Below, in pieces: positions 29,412 through 39,516 of a stretch of 64,000 nucleotides of DNA (the stretch's first letter is position 1; each line of letters begins with the position of its first letter). The DNA is from Staphylococcus phage vB_StaM_PB50. The notes beneath the pieces were generated by a model. That model searched no databases and was not told where the DNA came from. It saw only the letters and a program-made list of their open reading frames with translations. The stretch lies in sequence record OR770614.1; one strand, 5' to 3'. The translations under genes and the position numbers were made by a program.

Positions 29412-30374
29412 ATGGCTAAAAAACATATCGGTACATGGAACGGTGTTCCTGTATATACTGATTTTTTACCAATAGGTACTCGTAGAGCTGGAGATAAGCT
29501 TAACGGACCTAAATTTATTGTTGCTCATGACACTGGGAACCCTAACACTACAGCACAAAATAATGTAGATTACTACCGTAATTCATATAATATTGATTGG
29601 AATTATACAGCATCAGCTCATATCTTTGTTGATGATAAAGAATGTATTATCTGTGTTCCTTTAGATGAAAAAGCATGGCACGTTATGTATGGTACACCTA
29701 CAGATAATGCTTGGTATGGAGTGGATGCAAACGATTCAGCAATTGGAGTAGAAGGATGTTACTTCTCAGACCGTAATCGTTCATTAAAATCATTTGATAA
29801 TTACTGTCGTGTATTAGCTTATTTATGTAAAACATATAAGATTAACGCTAGCACAAATATGCCTGGACATCAAGATATTCAGGCAGATAAACAAGATCCA
29901 GGTAACTTATTAGCTGCGTGCGGTATGTCTCGTAGTGTTTCTAATGTAGATAAAAAAGTATTAGCTTATATGAAATCTGGTGTTACTTCGACTGCAAAAG
30001 ACAGTAAAACAACTAAAGTTGCTACTAAAGAAGAAGTTGCTAAGAAAGCTCCAGCTAAACCGGCTAAAACTTCAACTGTAACTTCTAAAACTTGGAAACG
30101 TAATTCTGCAGGAATTCTATGGAAAACTGAAAAAGCTACATTTAAATGTGGTGTTTCAGTAGGTATTAAAACTCGTAAAGGTGGTCCATGGACTGGATGG
30201 CCGCAAGGTCCATTTATGGCTAAAGGAGATACTATTAAATATGATGAAATTCAAGATTTTGATGGTTATATTTGGGTATCAGGTAACTTTAAAGGTCAAT
30301 ATGTTTATGTACCGGTTGGTAAATCAACAGGAAATGGTAAACGTGTAGGGCCAGCATGGGGTACATTTAGTTAA
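29412..30374 (+). CDS. N-acetylmuramoyl-L-alanine amidase (Amidase_2/PGRP) with C-terminal SH3b (SH3_5) cell-wall-binding domain; endolysin
   Basis: FIVAHDTGNP amidase_2 motif. C-terminal WKRNSAGILWKTEKA..ITRKGGPWTGWPQ..KGDTIKYDEIQDFDGYIWVSGN..YVYVP..AWGTFS matches staphylococcal lysin/lysostaphin SH3b. Confidence 0.8.
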   Translation: MAKKHIGTWNGVPVYTDFLPIGTRRAGDKLNGPKFIVAHDTGNPNTTAQNNVDYYRNSYNIDWNYTASAHIFVDDKECIICVPLDEKAWHVMYGTPTDNAWYGVDANDSAIGVEGCYFSDRNRSLKSFDNYCRVLAYLCKTYKINASTNMPGHQDIQADKQDPGNLLAACGMSRSVSNVDKKVLAYMKSGVTSTAKDSKTTKVATKEEVAKKAPAKPAKTSTVTSKTWKRNSAGILWKTEKATFKCGVSVGIKTRKGGPWTGWPQGPFMAKGDTIKYDEIQDFDGYIWVSGNFKGQYVYVPVGKSTGNGKRVGPAWGTFS

Positions 30375-30389
30375 TTTATTAATTTAATT

Positions 30390-30418
30390 GTCCTAACGTT
30401 CATATAGAGCGTTAGGAC
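30390..30418 (+). terminator. rho-independent terminator GTCCTAACG-loop-CGTTAGGAC
   Basis: 9-bp inverted repeat then T-rich tract, directly after the amidase stop. Confidence 0.6.
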
Positions 30419-30489
30419 TTATTTCTTTAATAGAAGAACAGGTTATTATAAATATATAAAATGGAATAAAGAAAGGATTTGAATTCTAT

Positions 30490-31287
30490 ATGAAAACAAA
30501 AACTCAAGCTCTTGATTGGGTTAATAGTCGTATTGGTCGTAGACTAGATTTTGATGGTTGGTATGGAGCTCAGTGTATGGATTTAACTATAGGTTACTGT
30601 AATTATATCTCAGGTGGTTCTTTCCGTCCTTGGGGTAATGCAATTAATCTTAAAGACAACACAATGCCAGCTGGATGGAAATTAATTAAAAATACTCCAT
30701 CATTCTTACCTCAACCTGGTGATATTGCTATTTGGGCTTATGCACCTTATGATGTTTATGGTCATACAGGTATTATTACTTCAGCTAACTTAAATAACTT
30801 CTATTCAGTTGACCAAAACTGGTTTAATGCAGGAAGTAACGGTTCACCGGCAGCTAAAGTATTTCATGATTATACAGGTTTCTGGGGAGTAATTCGTCCA
30901 GCTTTTGGTAGTACATCTACTAAGAAAGCAACTCCTAAGAAAGCGGCTCCTAAGAAAAAAGTAGTTAAAAAAGCAGCTACTAAGAAAGCAGCTACAACTG
31001 CTACTTGGAAACGTAATTCTGCAGGAATTCTATGGAAAACTGAAAAAGCTAAATTCACATGTAATGTTTCTTCAGGAATTATTACTCGTAAAAATGGTCC
31101 ATGGACTGGATGGGCTCAAGGTCCATTTATGAAGAAAGGTGATACTATTAAATATGATGAAATTCAAGATTTCGATGGACATATTTGGGTATCAGGTAAC
31201 TTTAAAGGTCAATATGTTTATGTACCAATTGGTAAATCAAATGGTAAAGGACAACGTATTGGTGCTGCATGGGGTACATTTAGTTAA
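30490..31287 (+). CDS. CHAP-domain peptidase with C-terminal SH3b (SH3_5) domain; second lysin
   Basis: CHAP catalytic Cys (WYGAQCMDL) and His (YGHTGII); C-terminal SH3b about 85 percent identical in DNA to that of the amidase gene. Confidence 0.8.
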   Translation: MKTKTQALDWVNSRIGRRLDFDGWYGAQCMDLTIGYCNYISGGSFRPWGNAINLKDNTMPAGWKLIKNTPSFLPQPGDIAIWAYAPYDVYGHTGIITSANLNNFYSVDQNWFNAGSNGSPAAKVFHDYTGFWGVIRPAFGSTSTKKATPKKAAPKKKVVKKAATKKAATTATWKRNSAGILWKTEKAKFTCNVSSGIITRKNGPWTGWAQGPFMKKGDTIKYDEIQDFDGHIWVSGNFKGQYVYVPIGKSNGKGQRIGAAWGTFS

Positions 31288-31297
31288 TTAAGTTCTT

Positions 31298-31326
31298 AAA
31301 GGGATTTTTATAAAATCCCTTTTTAA
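31298..31326 (+). terminator. rho-independent terminator AAAGGGATTTT-loop-AAAATCCCTTT
   Basis: Inverted repeat plus T-run after CHAP lysin. Confidence 0.6.
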
Positions 31327-31372
31327 CTTTTTTATATAATAAAATAATAAAGATGAAAGGAAAGAAAATTAT

Positions 31373-31897
31373 ATGTTAAATTTCAATGAAGATAATAATT
31401 TCATTATTATTAATGAAAAAGCATTTGTTCCTGGTAAAGGTAAAGGTCCTTTTGTTAAACCATTTGTGGCTACAGGATCTCAAATTCGTTTATATAGACG
31501 TTTAGGTTTACAAGTAACAATAGTGGATGAAAATTATGAATATCCTAGTGATAAAGATAATAAAAAAGAAGAAAAAGCTGAAAAGAATGAAGAAGTCAAT
31601 GTTGAAGAAAATAATGATACAACAACTGAGACAAAGAAAGATGAGGAAAGCGACTCTTCAGAAAGCAAAGAAGAGAGCGAAGTTTCTGAAGAAAGTAATG
31701 AAGAACATTCAACTGATGAAAAAGTAGATGAACCTCAAGAAGATAATTCTAAAGAAGAATCAGAAATTAGTGAAGAAGATTTAAATGAATTCACTGTTGC
31801 TGAACTTAAAGATGAATTAGATTCAAAAGGCATTGAATATGCAAATAATGCACGTAAAAAAGATTTAATTGAATTATTAAAAGAAAACTCAAAATAA
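31373..31897 (+). CDS. acidic protein with C-terminal SAP/HeH (Rho_N-like) motif
   Basis: E/D/S-rich middle; C-terminal FTVAELKDELDSKGIEYANNARKKDLIELL matches SAP/HeH helix-extension-helix. N-terminal 25 aa are shared with the 26422 fibre ORF. Confidence 0.5.
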   Translation: MLNFNEDNNFIIINEKAFVPGKGKGPFVKPFVATGSQIRLYRRLGLQVTIVDENYEYPSDKDNKKEEKAEKNEEVNVEENNDTTTETKKDEESDSSESKEESEVSEESNEEHSTDEKVDEPQEDNSKEESEISEEDLNEFTVAELKDELDSKGIEYANNARKKDLIELLKENSK

Positions 31898-31917
31898 GAA
31901 AGGAAGTTTAACTAATA

Positions 31918-33825
31918 ATGGCAACTACTAACTTTTATAAAGTGAAAGTATTAGATGAAAAAATAATTCCATTTTTAGGTTATAAAGAATACGGTCCTAG
32001 AGAAAATGTTATTCTTTCTGGTAGCGATTTAGCTAGTTTAAAACAAGCTGGCTGGACTATTACTGATGTTACACCTTTACCTGAAACTGGAAAAATTAAA
32101 TATGATAGACGTACTATCTATTTCAAAACTGAAGGAGAACAAAATAAATTTATTAACGTTCCTTTCTATGTAAATCCTATTGATGCTCGTGATGTATTTG
32201 GTTTACTTAAATTTGATTTAATCAAATTATCTGATAAAACAGTTGTAAGTACACATAATGTTAAAGAAATTAAAAATGAAATATTAAGTATACCTACTTC
32301 TGATCTTGAAATTGGTGAAGAATACAAATTAAGATTATACTTCCCTAAAGATGCAGATGAAAACTATGACATCGCTATTTCTGAAGGTTATAAAGATCTT
32401 TTTGAAAGAGTACATGATGAAGTATTTATTCAAGTAAAAGAATACGGTAAAATTACAGGTCGTCTTGTTCAATTACAACAAGATATTAATGTATATAAAG
32501 AATCTGTATTACCTTTAGAGAAAATTGTAGGATATAAAGACTTTGATTCTAAAGAAGTAACTCCTATAAGTAAAGAGAATTTATTACAATTATTATCAGT
32601 TGAAGTTAGTGATACTAGCTTTGCTAAATTTGAACGTAATAAAAATCGCTTATTCTTCTATAGTAAAGAAGGAAAAATAGTTGTTAAAGTTATTGAAAGA
32701 AACATTCAAGACAATATCATTAACTTTAATGTACGTATTTTAAGTGAAGAAACTGCACAAAAAGAAATTGATAAAAAACTTGAATATTCTGTTTATAATC
32801 CTAAAGATGGAAAATTTGAAAGCATTAATCAAACTAAAAGTATAACTGTTACTCCAGAAACAGTTAATATTGAAGCAGAAGGAACTCAAAAATTAGAAGT
32901 TACTACTGAACCAGAAGGAAGAAAAGTAAGCTTTGAATTAAAAGACGGTTCTGAATTTGCTTCATTAGATAATAACGGAAATATTACTGGTATTTCTGAA
33001 GGAACTGCAACTGTTACAGTTAAATCAGATAATGTTTCTAAAGATGTAAAGGTTAATGTAAGCCGTTTAAAGACTAAGAGTCTAACTGTTACTCCAGAAG
33101 AAATTAACATAGACGCAGAATCATCTCAACAGTTAGACGTTAAACTACAACCATCTACAAATGTTGTAAATTATTCTATTACTGAAGGATCTGAATTTGC
33201 TTCAGTTAATAGTAGCGGTCTTATAACTGCTAAAGCTGTAGGAACTGCTAAAGTTAAAGTAAGTTCTGATTCTATTAGTAAGACAGTTAATGTTAATGTA
33301 ACTAGAGTAAAAACTAAAAATCTAACTGTTACTCCACAGACAGTTAGTATAGATGCAGAATCAACTAAACAGTTAACTGCAACTACAGATCCTAAAGGAA
33401 ACCCTGTAAGTTATTCTATTACTGAAGGATCTGAATTTGCTTCAGTTGACAATAACGGTCTTGTAACCGCTAAAGATGTAGGAACTGCTAAAGTTAAAGT
33501 TGTTTCTGATAGCGTAAGTAAGACAGTTAGTGTTAATGTAACTAGAGTAAAAACTAAAAATCTAACAGTTACTCCTAATAGTGTTGATATGAAAGATAAT
33601 GAAACTCAACAATTAACAATAACTACAGATCCTAAAGGAAACCCTGTAAGTTATTCTATTACTGAAGGATCTGAATTTGCTTCAGTTAACAACAGTGGTC
33701 TTGTAACTGCTAAAGCTGCAGGAACTGCTAAAGTTAAAGTTACTTCTGATAGTGTAAGTAAAGATGTTAGTATTAATATTTCTACTTCACAAGTAGAAGA
33801 AACTCCAGAAGGAACTTCAGAATAA
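31918..33825 (+). CDS. structural protein with five tandem Big_2 (bacterial Ig-like) domains
   Basis: Five repeats of ...LTVTPE.V.IDAES.QQL......P....VSYSITEGSEFASV...GLVTAK..GTAKVKV.SDSVSK.V.VNV. Confidence 0.7.
   Translation: MATTNFYKVKVLDEKIIPFLGYKEYGPRENVILSGSDLASLKQAGWTITDVTPLPETGKIKYDRRTIYFKTEGEQNKFINVPFYVNPIDARDVFGLLKFDLIKLSDKTVVSTHNVKEIKNEILSIPTSDLEIGEEYKLRLYFPKDADENYDIAISEGYKDLFERVHDEVFIQVKEYGKITGRLVQLQQDINVYKESVLPLEKIVGYKDFDSKEVTPISKENLLQLLSVEVSDTSFAKFERNKNRLFFYSKEGKIVVKVIERNIQDNIINFNVRILSEETAQKEIDKKLEYSVYNPKDGKFESINQTKSITVTPETVNIEAEGTQKLEVTTEPEGRKVSFELKDGSEFASLDNNGNITGISEGTATVTVKSDNVSKDVKVNVSRLKTKSLTVTPEEINIDAESSQQLDVKLQPSTNVVNYSITEGSEFASVNSSGLITAKAVGTAKVKVSSDSISKTVNVNVTRVKTKNLTVTPQTVSIDAESTKQLTATTDPKGNPVSYSITEGSEFASVDNNGLVTAKDVGTAKVKVVSDSVSKTVSVNVTRVKTKNLTVTPNSVDMKDNETQQLTITTDPKGNPVSYSITEGSEFASVNNSGLVTAKAAGTAKVKVTSDSVSKDVSINISTSQVEETPEGTSE
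32818..33780 (+). repeat. tandem ~240-nt coding repeats (Big_2 domains)
   Basis: High DNA identity between successive units. Confidence 0.7.
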
Positions 33826-33843
33826 AAAAAATAATAAAATTTC

Positions 33844-33873
33844 CCCAATACCTAAATTAATAGGTATTGGGGA
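33844..33873. terminator. bidirectional terminator hairpin CCCCAATACCT-AAATTAAT-AGGTATTGGGG (identical to the one at 5358)
   Basis: Perfect inverted repeat between convergent genes. Confidence 0.7.
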
Positions 33874-33881
33874 TTATATTT

Positions 33882-34730
33882 TTAACCTCTAATAATATCA
33901 TCATCAGAAAGTTCTATTTTATTACCTGCATCCATTTTATTTATCTCATCTGTATCTATTGTTTCTTTAATGAATTCTATTTTTAAATTCATTCCTAAAG
34001 AATTGATGACTGTTTCCATAGTCTTCCAAGTTAATTTTCCTTGTTTGATCATTTTATCTAAAGATGATTTTAGTTTACTTACTACATTAACTTCATCTGA
34101 ATTCTTTTCTAGCTCACCAAATAACATTTCAAATGTATAACCTTCATTACCTAATATTTCTAAGAAATCCACAAATTCTAATATATATTCTTCATATAAA
34201 ACATCCGGCATTAATTTAAATCCTAGTTTACCTGAAAATTTAGATGTCTTAGTTTTTCTTTTAGGATTATATAAAGTTAATTCATCTTTATCTTTAAATT
34301 CTTCTGAAACTAATGAAACTTTATACCCGATTACTTCACAAATACTAATTAATGAATGTATAGTAAATACTTTACTACTCTTTAATCTATACATAGTGTT
34401 TTTAAATGAATCGATTTCACCTTCACCATATACTTTAGCATATCTTTCAAAATATTCTTCGAAAGTCATTCCTTCTTTATCGCCTACAATATTTTCCATA
34501 AATTGTATTACCTTTTTACCTAAATAAGGTAATTTATCATATTCTTCTTTAGTAACAATTCCTTGTATACTACCATGATATTTTGAAGAATTTGATTGTT
34601 CTTCTTGATCTTCCATTTCATCATTTAATTCAGTATATCTGACATCTTTAAATACTGATTTAACATCAACTTCGTCTACATTAGATATAATTCTTTCTAA
34701 TTCGTCTGAAACATCTCTATTGTTTTTCAT
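33882..34730 (-). CDS. hypothetical protein
   Basis: ORF, no motif recognised. Confidence 0.5.
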   Translation of the reverse strand: MKNNRDVSDELERIISNVDEVDVKSVFKDVRYTELNDEMEDQEEQSNSSKYHGSIQGIVTKEEYDKLPYLGKKVIQFMENIVGDKEGMTFEEYFERYAKVYGEGEIDSFKNTMYRLKSSKVFTIHSLISICEVIGYKVSLVSEEFKDKDELTLYNPKRKTKTSKFSGKLGFKLMPDVLYEEYILEFVDFLEILGNEGYTFEMLFGELEKNSDEVNVVSKLKSSLDKMIKQGKLTWKTMETVINSLGMNLKIEFIKETIDTDEINKMDAGNKIELSDDDIIRG

Positions 34731-34810
34731 TTACATAATCTCCTTACAGTATATAAAAAATAAATATAATATTGGTATAATGTGAGGTTAATCACATTAT
34801 ACCGTATTTA

Positions 34811-36016
34811 TTAAATTCCTAAATCATCATCTTTATCTAATTCTTTACTTTTACTTGTAAATTTATCTAATAATGATTTTGATCTACCTTGATCTTCACC
34901 ATTTTCTTCATTTACATTATTTGATAAGTCTTCCATAGATCCAGATTCTTTATTAACATCTGCATCTTTAAACATTGTAGATTTATCAATTTGTCTATCA
35001 TCTTGTTGATTGTTAGTTTCTGTTTTATCAGCAAAAGGTAAATCGTCATCAGAAATATTATCCACTGCACCAAAAGGATTTTCCGGAGTACTTTGTTGTT
35101 GATTTTGTGGTGTATTATTTACATTACCGAAAGGATTTGGATTTGATTGTTGCTGCTGTTGAGGTTGATTAAAATTACCAAATTGATTATTTGATTGTTG
35201 AGGAGCATTATTCTGTTGTTGATTAAATCCTCCATTATTATTACCAAAATTTCCAAAACCATTATTTTGTTGGTTAAATCCACCTGAGTTATTTTGTTGT
35301 CTTGGAGCACTATTGTATGAAGCTTTCTCATCCATATGATGATTAGACATATCAGTTGGTAAACCTTGAGCTCTTAATAATCCTTTAAGTAGTTGATTAT
35401 TTTCAATTTCTTTAGCTTGCATTTCAGCTTGTACACATTGATTTCTAAATGTTAAAGGATCATTAGTAATTCTAACTAATAAATTAACTAAACTAATAAA
35501 AGCATTTGCTGAAATGAAATCATATTTATTATTATCATTTACAATAATAGCAAAACCAATTTCAGTTGAATTAGTACGTTTATTAACAATTGTAGTTGGA
35601 GCGAAAGCAATACCTTTACCTGAAACTAAACTAGGTGATTGCCAAATATGATTTTGATACTCAGCAGTTACTTGATTATTTTGGAAAATACTATTAAAGT
35701 TTTCACCAATACTTTTGTAAGTAGCTTTTAAGAAATTATTAAATTCTTGTAAGTGTGGATAACTAATTAATACATCCTCTGAAATAGGTGCTTGACCTTG
35801 TTGAAATTTACTGTAAGAGAATGAAATATAATGATTACCGTTATTTTCAATTTCACTTAAAAATGGAATATTGTTATATTGACTTGATTTATAAGTATTG
35901 ATATATTCACCATTAATAGCATTACCAGTGTTTTTATTCTTTCTAGCAAATAGTGTGTAAATTGAAACTGAAACATTTTGTCCTCGGTATAGATGGTCTT
36001 TGAAATTTGTTAACAT
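34811..36016 (-). CDS. protein with Q/N/G-rich FG-repeat low-complexity region and internal Firmicutes SSB-tip motif ISDDDLPF; possible SSB-like protein or SSB C-terminal mimic
   Basis: Residues ~235-310 GFNQQNNGFGNFGNNNGGFNQQQ...PFGNVNN...PFGAVDNISDDDLPF; second acidic tip DKDDDLGI at the C-terminus. Confidence 0.55.
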   Translation of the reverse strand: MLTNFKDHLYRGQNVSVSIYTLFARKNKNTGNAINGEYINTYKSSQYNNIPFLSEIENNGNHYISFSYSKFQQGQAPISEDVLISYPHLQEFNNFLKATYKSIGENFNSIFQNNQVTAEYQNHIWQSPSLVSGKGIAFAPTTIVNKRTNSTEIGFAIIVNDNNKYDFISANAFISLVNLLVRITNDPLTFRNQCVQAEMQAKEIENNQLLKGLLRAQGLPTDMSNHHMDEKASYNSAPRQQNNSGGFNQQNNGFGNFGNNNGGFNQQQNNAPQQSNNQFGNFNQPQQQQQSNPNPFGNVNNTPQNQQQSTPENPFGAVDNISDDDLPFADKTETNNQQDDRQIDKSTMFKDADVNKESGSMEDLSNNVNEENGEDQGRSKSLLDKFTSKSKELDKDDDLGI

Positions 36017-36081
36017 AATAAAATCTCTCCTAATAAAATAATTTTTGTATTACTACTTTTATATAATATATATTTAAATTT

Positions 36082-36687
36082 TTAATCTAAAATTTTTGCT
36101 TTCTTAATGAATGACAATAATAATGATGCAATTGATAGTGAGGAATCAGTCATAGATTCATTTGTTCCCATTAATTCTTCTGCATAAGAATAATCACCAT
36201 CTTTAATACTAGACATTCTTACTACTGATTTCACATCAATAGGTTGGAAATCAATATATGAAGGAAATTCATAAGTGTTATCTGAAGATCCACCGTATAC
36301 CAATTCAATTAATTGACTCCATAAAGTTATTTCATCTATCCAGAAAACTAATTTATCTGCATATTCAGAAAGTCCTTCAAAATAATCTCTAATACGTTGA
36401 ACTTGAATAACTGTATCATCTTTAATTAATCTCAAGTTATAATCATCTAACGTTTTATCAATCTTAGTATAGTTAGACAATTGACCTTTTTCATATGCAT
36501 CCTTAAGCATTTCATTTTTAAATACTTCATTTAGATCTATATCTGAGAACTCTAAATACAAGTCTTTAAATTTAGGACTATCTACCATAAATGTCATATT
36601 GATAAATTCAGTATTAGTTTTAGGTGAAGTAGTTACTGCAGAAACTATTATATTTAACGCTGGCAATTTTTCTTCAAATTCTATCAA
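36082..36687 (-). CDS. hypothetical protein
   Basis: ORF. Confidence 0.45.
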   Translation of the reverse strand: MIEFEEKLPALNIIVSAVTTSPKTNTEFINMTFMVDSPKFKDLYLEFSDIDLNEVFKNEMLKDAYEKGQLSNYTKIDKTLDDYNLRLIKDDTVIQVQRIRDYFEGLSEYADKLVFWIDEITLWSQLIELVYGGSSDNTYEFPSYIDFQPIDVKSVVRMSSIKDGDYSYAEELMGTNESMTDSSLSIASLLLSFIKKAKILD

Positions 36688-36689
36688 TC

Positions 36690-37403
36690 TTATAACCTAC
36701 CTTCATATTTAATGTAAAATTCAAAACCATATTCATTTCTAAAATACTGTAAGAAACCATTTATCTTATTGATAATGAAATCTTTATTAGCAAATCTGAA
36801 GTCATATTTACTAATTGTATCTTTTTCTTTTTGAAGTGAGTTTAATTCTTTATTATTCTTATCTAATAACTCTTCATTACTATAGATTCTCTCTTTTAAT
36901 TCATTTATTTCTTTTTTAATTTTAAATGAATTATCCATACCTACTAGATTTAATAATGCATTAGATAAAGAACCTAGTTTAATTTTTTCAATTAGTTCAT
37001 TATTTTTATCTTCTAATTCTCTATTATATTTTTTATTATTTCTATTCATAATTTCGATAGTATTTTTTCTAGTGTCTATTTTATTTTCTAATATATTTAT
37101 TTGATTATTAATTGATTCTTTTAAAAATTCAATATTCTCTTCTAAGTCATATAAGAATATAATACCTTCGTAAATATCAAATTCAATAAATTTGTTTAAG
37201 ATTAAAAGGGATATATTATTCTTATTTTCAACTATATCAAAATTAGATTTAATATTTTTAATAATAGATGATTTAAAACTAGTATGATTAATTTTAAATA
37301 TCTCATCTGATAAAAAATTATTAATATCTCTTCTTACATTTATAAATAATTCGTTGAGGTATTGATAATTATCAATTGCCTCTTTACGAGATATACGTGT
37401 CAC
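36690..37403 (-). CDS. hypothetical coiled-coil protein
   Basis: ORF. Confidence 0.45.
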   Translation of the reverse strand: MTRISRKEAIDNYQYLNELFINVRRDINNFLSDEIFKINHTSFKSSIIKNIKSNFDIVENKNNISLLILNKFIEFDIYEGIIFLYDLEENIEFLKESINNQINILENKIDTRKNTIEIMNRNNKKYNRELEDKNNELIEKIKLGSLSNALLNLVGMDNSFKIKKEINELKERIYSNEELLDKNNKELNSLQKEKDTISKYDFRFANKDFIINKINGFLQYFRNEYGFEFYIKYEGRL

Positions 37404-37423
37404 AATACCTCAACTACCTTTCT

Positions 37424-38980
37424 TTATTTTAACTTAAAATCAGTAACGTTTAAAGCTTTTTTCTTAAATACATTTTTTAATCTATTATTAGCTTGCGTTA
37501 CTAGTTTTTTAAAACCATGATCGACAAAATCAAAATACATCAATTTTTCATTTTCAATATAGCGTAATCTTCCCATTATCTGTATAACTTTACTTTCAGA
37601 AGATAATGGAACTGTATTAATGACAGCTTTGAGATCAGGTATGTCTATACCTGTTCCTAAAGATAAATCTGTAGTAATTATTAGATTAGATTCTAATACT
37701 TTAGATTTTTCTTCTTTATCAATTCCATCATAGTAGCGAATACAGTTTAGAAATTCTAATCCTTCTTTACCTAATTTTTCTTCTAAATAGTAATAAAACT
37801 CATCTATCATATTTTTCAATTTAAACATAACGACAGTTTTTCTTATTTCTTTTTTCATAATAACTTCATTAATGATATTAAATATCATATCAAAATATTT
37901 ATCTTTTCTCTCATCTTTATCTATAAGATATTTACTGTAATGATTTACATTAAGACCATTTCTTCTTGATGCTGAAACAAAATCTGCTAGCTCTGTTTCA
38001 CTAGGTTCACTATTGTAGCGTATAATGAACACATCATGATATTTAGATGGTATCTTTCTATTAGAAGCTATTTGTTTATCATAATTGTCAGATCTAAATA
38101 TAGGAACATTTAAGAATATATTATTAAATACAAAGTTCTCTGATTTATCAGATCTTTCAGGAGTTGCAGAGAGATATATAGACGGTAAATCTGTTTGTAT
38201 ATCTATATTTGTTAAACTTCTAAAGTCTAAATGTGCTTCATCAAATATCTTAATAGATACTTTAGTTTTAAATATTAGTTCTTGTAGTTTTTCAATGTCG
38301 TCTTCTATAAATGAATTTAATGTCTTATACATAACTATATAGAAATCTATTTTATTACGTTCATCAGACTTCATTTTAAATAATTTATTAATACTTGATT
38401 TACCTTGAATAATATATATTCTTTCATCATCAATATTGGTATATTCTTTAATCTTATCAAACCATTGTTCTTTAAGTTTATTATTATTGACAAATATCAT
38501 AGGAACTAACTGACGATCAATAACACTTTTTAAAGCACAAAAAGTTTTACCTTCACCAGTTTTAAGTGATAAAAATTTCTGAGTTGAAGCTTCATATATA
38601 CTAAAAGCATTTAAGAATTCAATAGATTTCTTTTGTAATAAATCTCTTGGTTTAAAATTCATTTCTACATCATAATTCTTTTTAGGTTTAAAATATAAAT
38701 TGTCTACTTTTCTAAAATCTTGAAAATCTACTTCTCCATGATTTTGTAATGACTGAATTAGTATCTTCATATTTATTCCAGCAGGAAATGATATAGTTTT
38801 CTCTTCTTCATTATATACGAAAGCTTTATACGTATGTTTAAAGTATATTTTATCCCATACAGATAGATACTTCTCTATTGCTGAACAATATCCTAGTTCA
38901 TAATTTTCAACAAGAATTCGTGTCGGATAAACCGACACTTTTATTTTTCTTGTTTTATTTAAAACTACCATAAATTTCAA
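37424..38980 (-). CDS. superfamily 2 DEAD/DEAH-box helicase
   Basis: Motif I KTGEGKTF, motif II FDEAHL, motif III SATP, C-terminal helicase domain. Confidence 0.7.
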   Translation of the reverse strand: MKFMVVLNKTRKIKVSVYPTRILVENYELGYCSAIEKYLSVWDKIYFKHTYKAFVYNEEEKTISFPAGINMKILIQSLQNHGEVDFQDFRKVDNLYFKPKKNYDVEMNFKPRDLLQKKSIEFLNAFSIYEASTQKFLSLKTGEGKTFCALKSVIDRQLVPMIFVNNNKLKEQWFDKIKEYTNIDDERIYIIQGKSSINKLFKMKSDERNKIDFYIVMYKTLNSFIEDDIEKLQELIFKTKVSIKIFDEAHLDFRSLTNIDIQTDLPSIYLSATPERSDKSENFVFNNIFLNVPIFRSDNYDKQIASNRKIPSKYHDVFIIRYNSEPSETELADFVSASRRNGLNVNHYSKYLIDKDERKDKYFDMIFNIINEVIMKKEIRKTVVMFKLKNMIDEFYYYLEEKLGKEGLEFLNCIRYYDGIDKEEKSKVLESNLIITTDLSLGTGIDIPDLKAVINTVPLSSESKVIQIMGRLRYIENEKLMYFDFVDHGFKKLVTQANNRLKNVFKKKALNVTDFKLK

Positions 38981-38988
38981 CTACTTTC

Positions 38989-39447
38989 TTATTTATTAAT
39001 TTCAATTGTAGAAGAAAATACGTTATTAATTATTTGAAAGATATCAGGTCCATCAGCTTTAAACATTCCTGAAAGATCAAATGTAGCATTTTCATCTTCT
39101 AAATTAACATATACAGGCATAGGACCGAATAAAATATCAGAAACAACATAGAATAAACCTTCTTTGAATTGATTATTTTCTTCAGCTTTAATTAGAGTAA
39201 TCTGTTGATCTTCTTCTTTATCTACAATAATATTTAATTTATAAATATCTTTAGAAGTAATACCATCTTTTGAGTATTTTAAATAATCTTCAACATTTTC
39301 ATTAATTAATTTAGTAATAGAAAAAGTACCTTTTTCTGAATTGAAAAAAGCATCTTTAATCTCTTTTAAGTATTTATCTTCTGTATTTAACTCAATTGTA
39401 ACTTCTTTAGGGTATTCTAATTCTTTTAATTTAGTAACTTTCAGCAT
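38989..39447 (-). CDS. hypothetical protein
   Basis: ORF. Confidence 0.45.
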   Translation of the reverse strand: MLKVTKLKELEYPKEVTIELNTEDKYLKEIKDAFFNSEKGTFSITKLINENVEDYLKYSKDGITSKDIYKLNIIVDKEEDQQITLIKAEENNQFKEGLFYVVSDILFGPMPVYVNLEDENATFDLSGMFKADGPDIFQIINNVFSSTIEINK

Positions 39448-39516
39448 ATTGAAAATTCTCCATTCTATATAATTTTAAAATTTTATATCTATCAGTTATT
39501 ATAAATTTTTAATTTT

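Noticed and set aside
27214-33780. Tandem DNA repeats in the 26422 and 31918 genes as possible non-coding satellite or CRISPR-like repeats
   Set aside because: They are in-frame coding repeats: collagen-like GEKGD units and Big_2 Ig-like domains.
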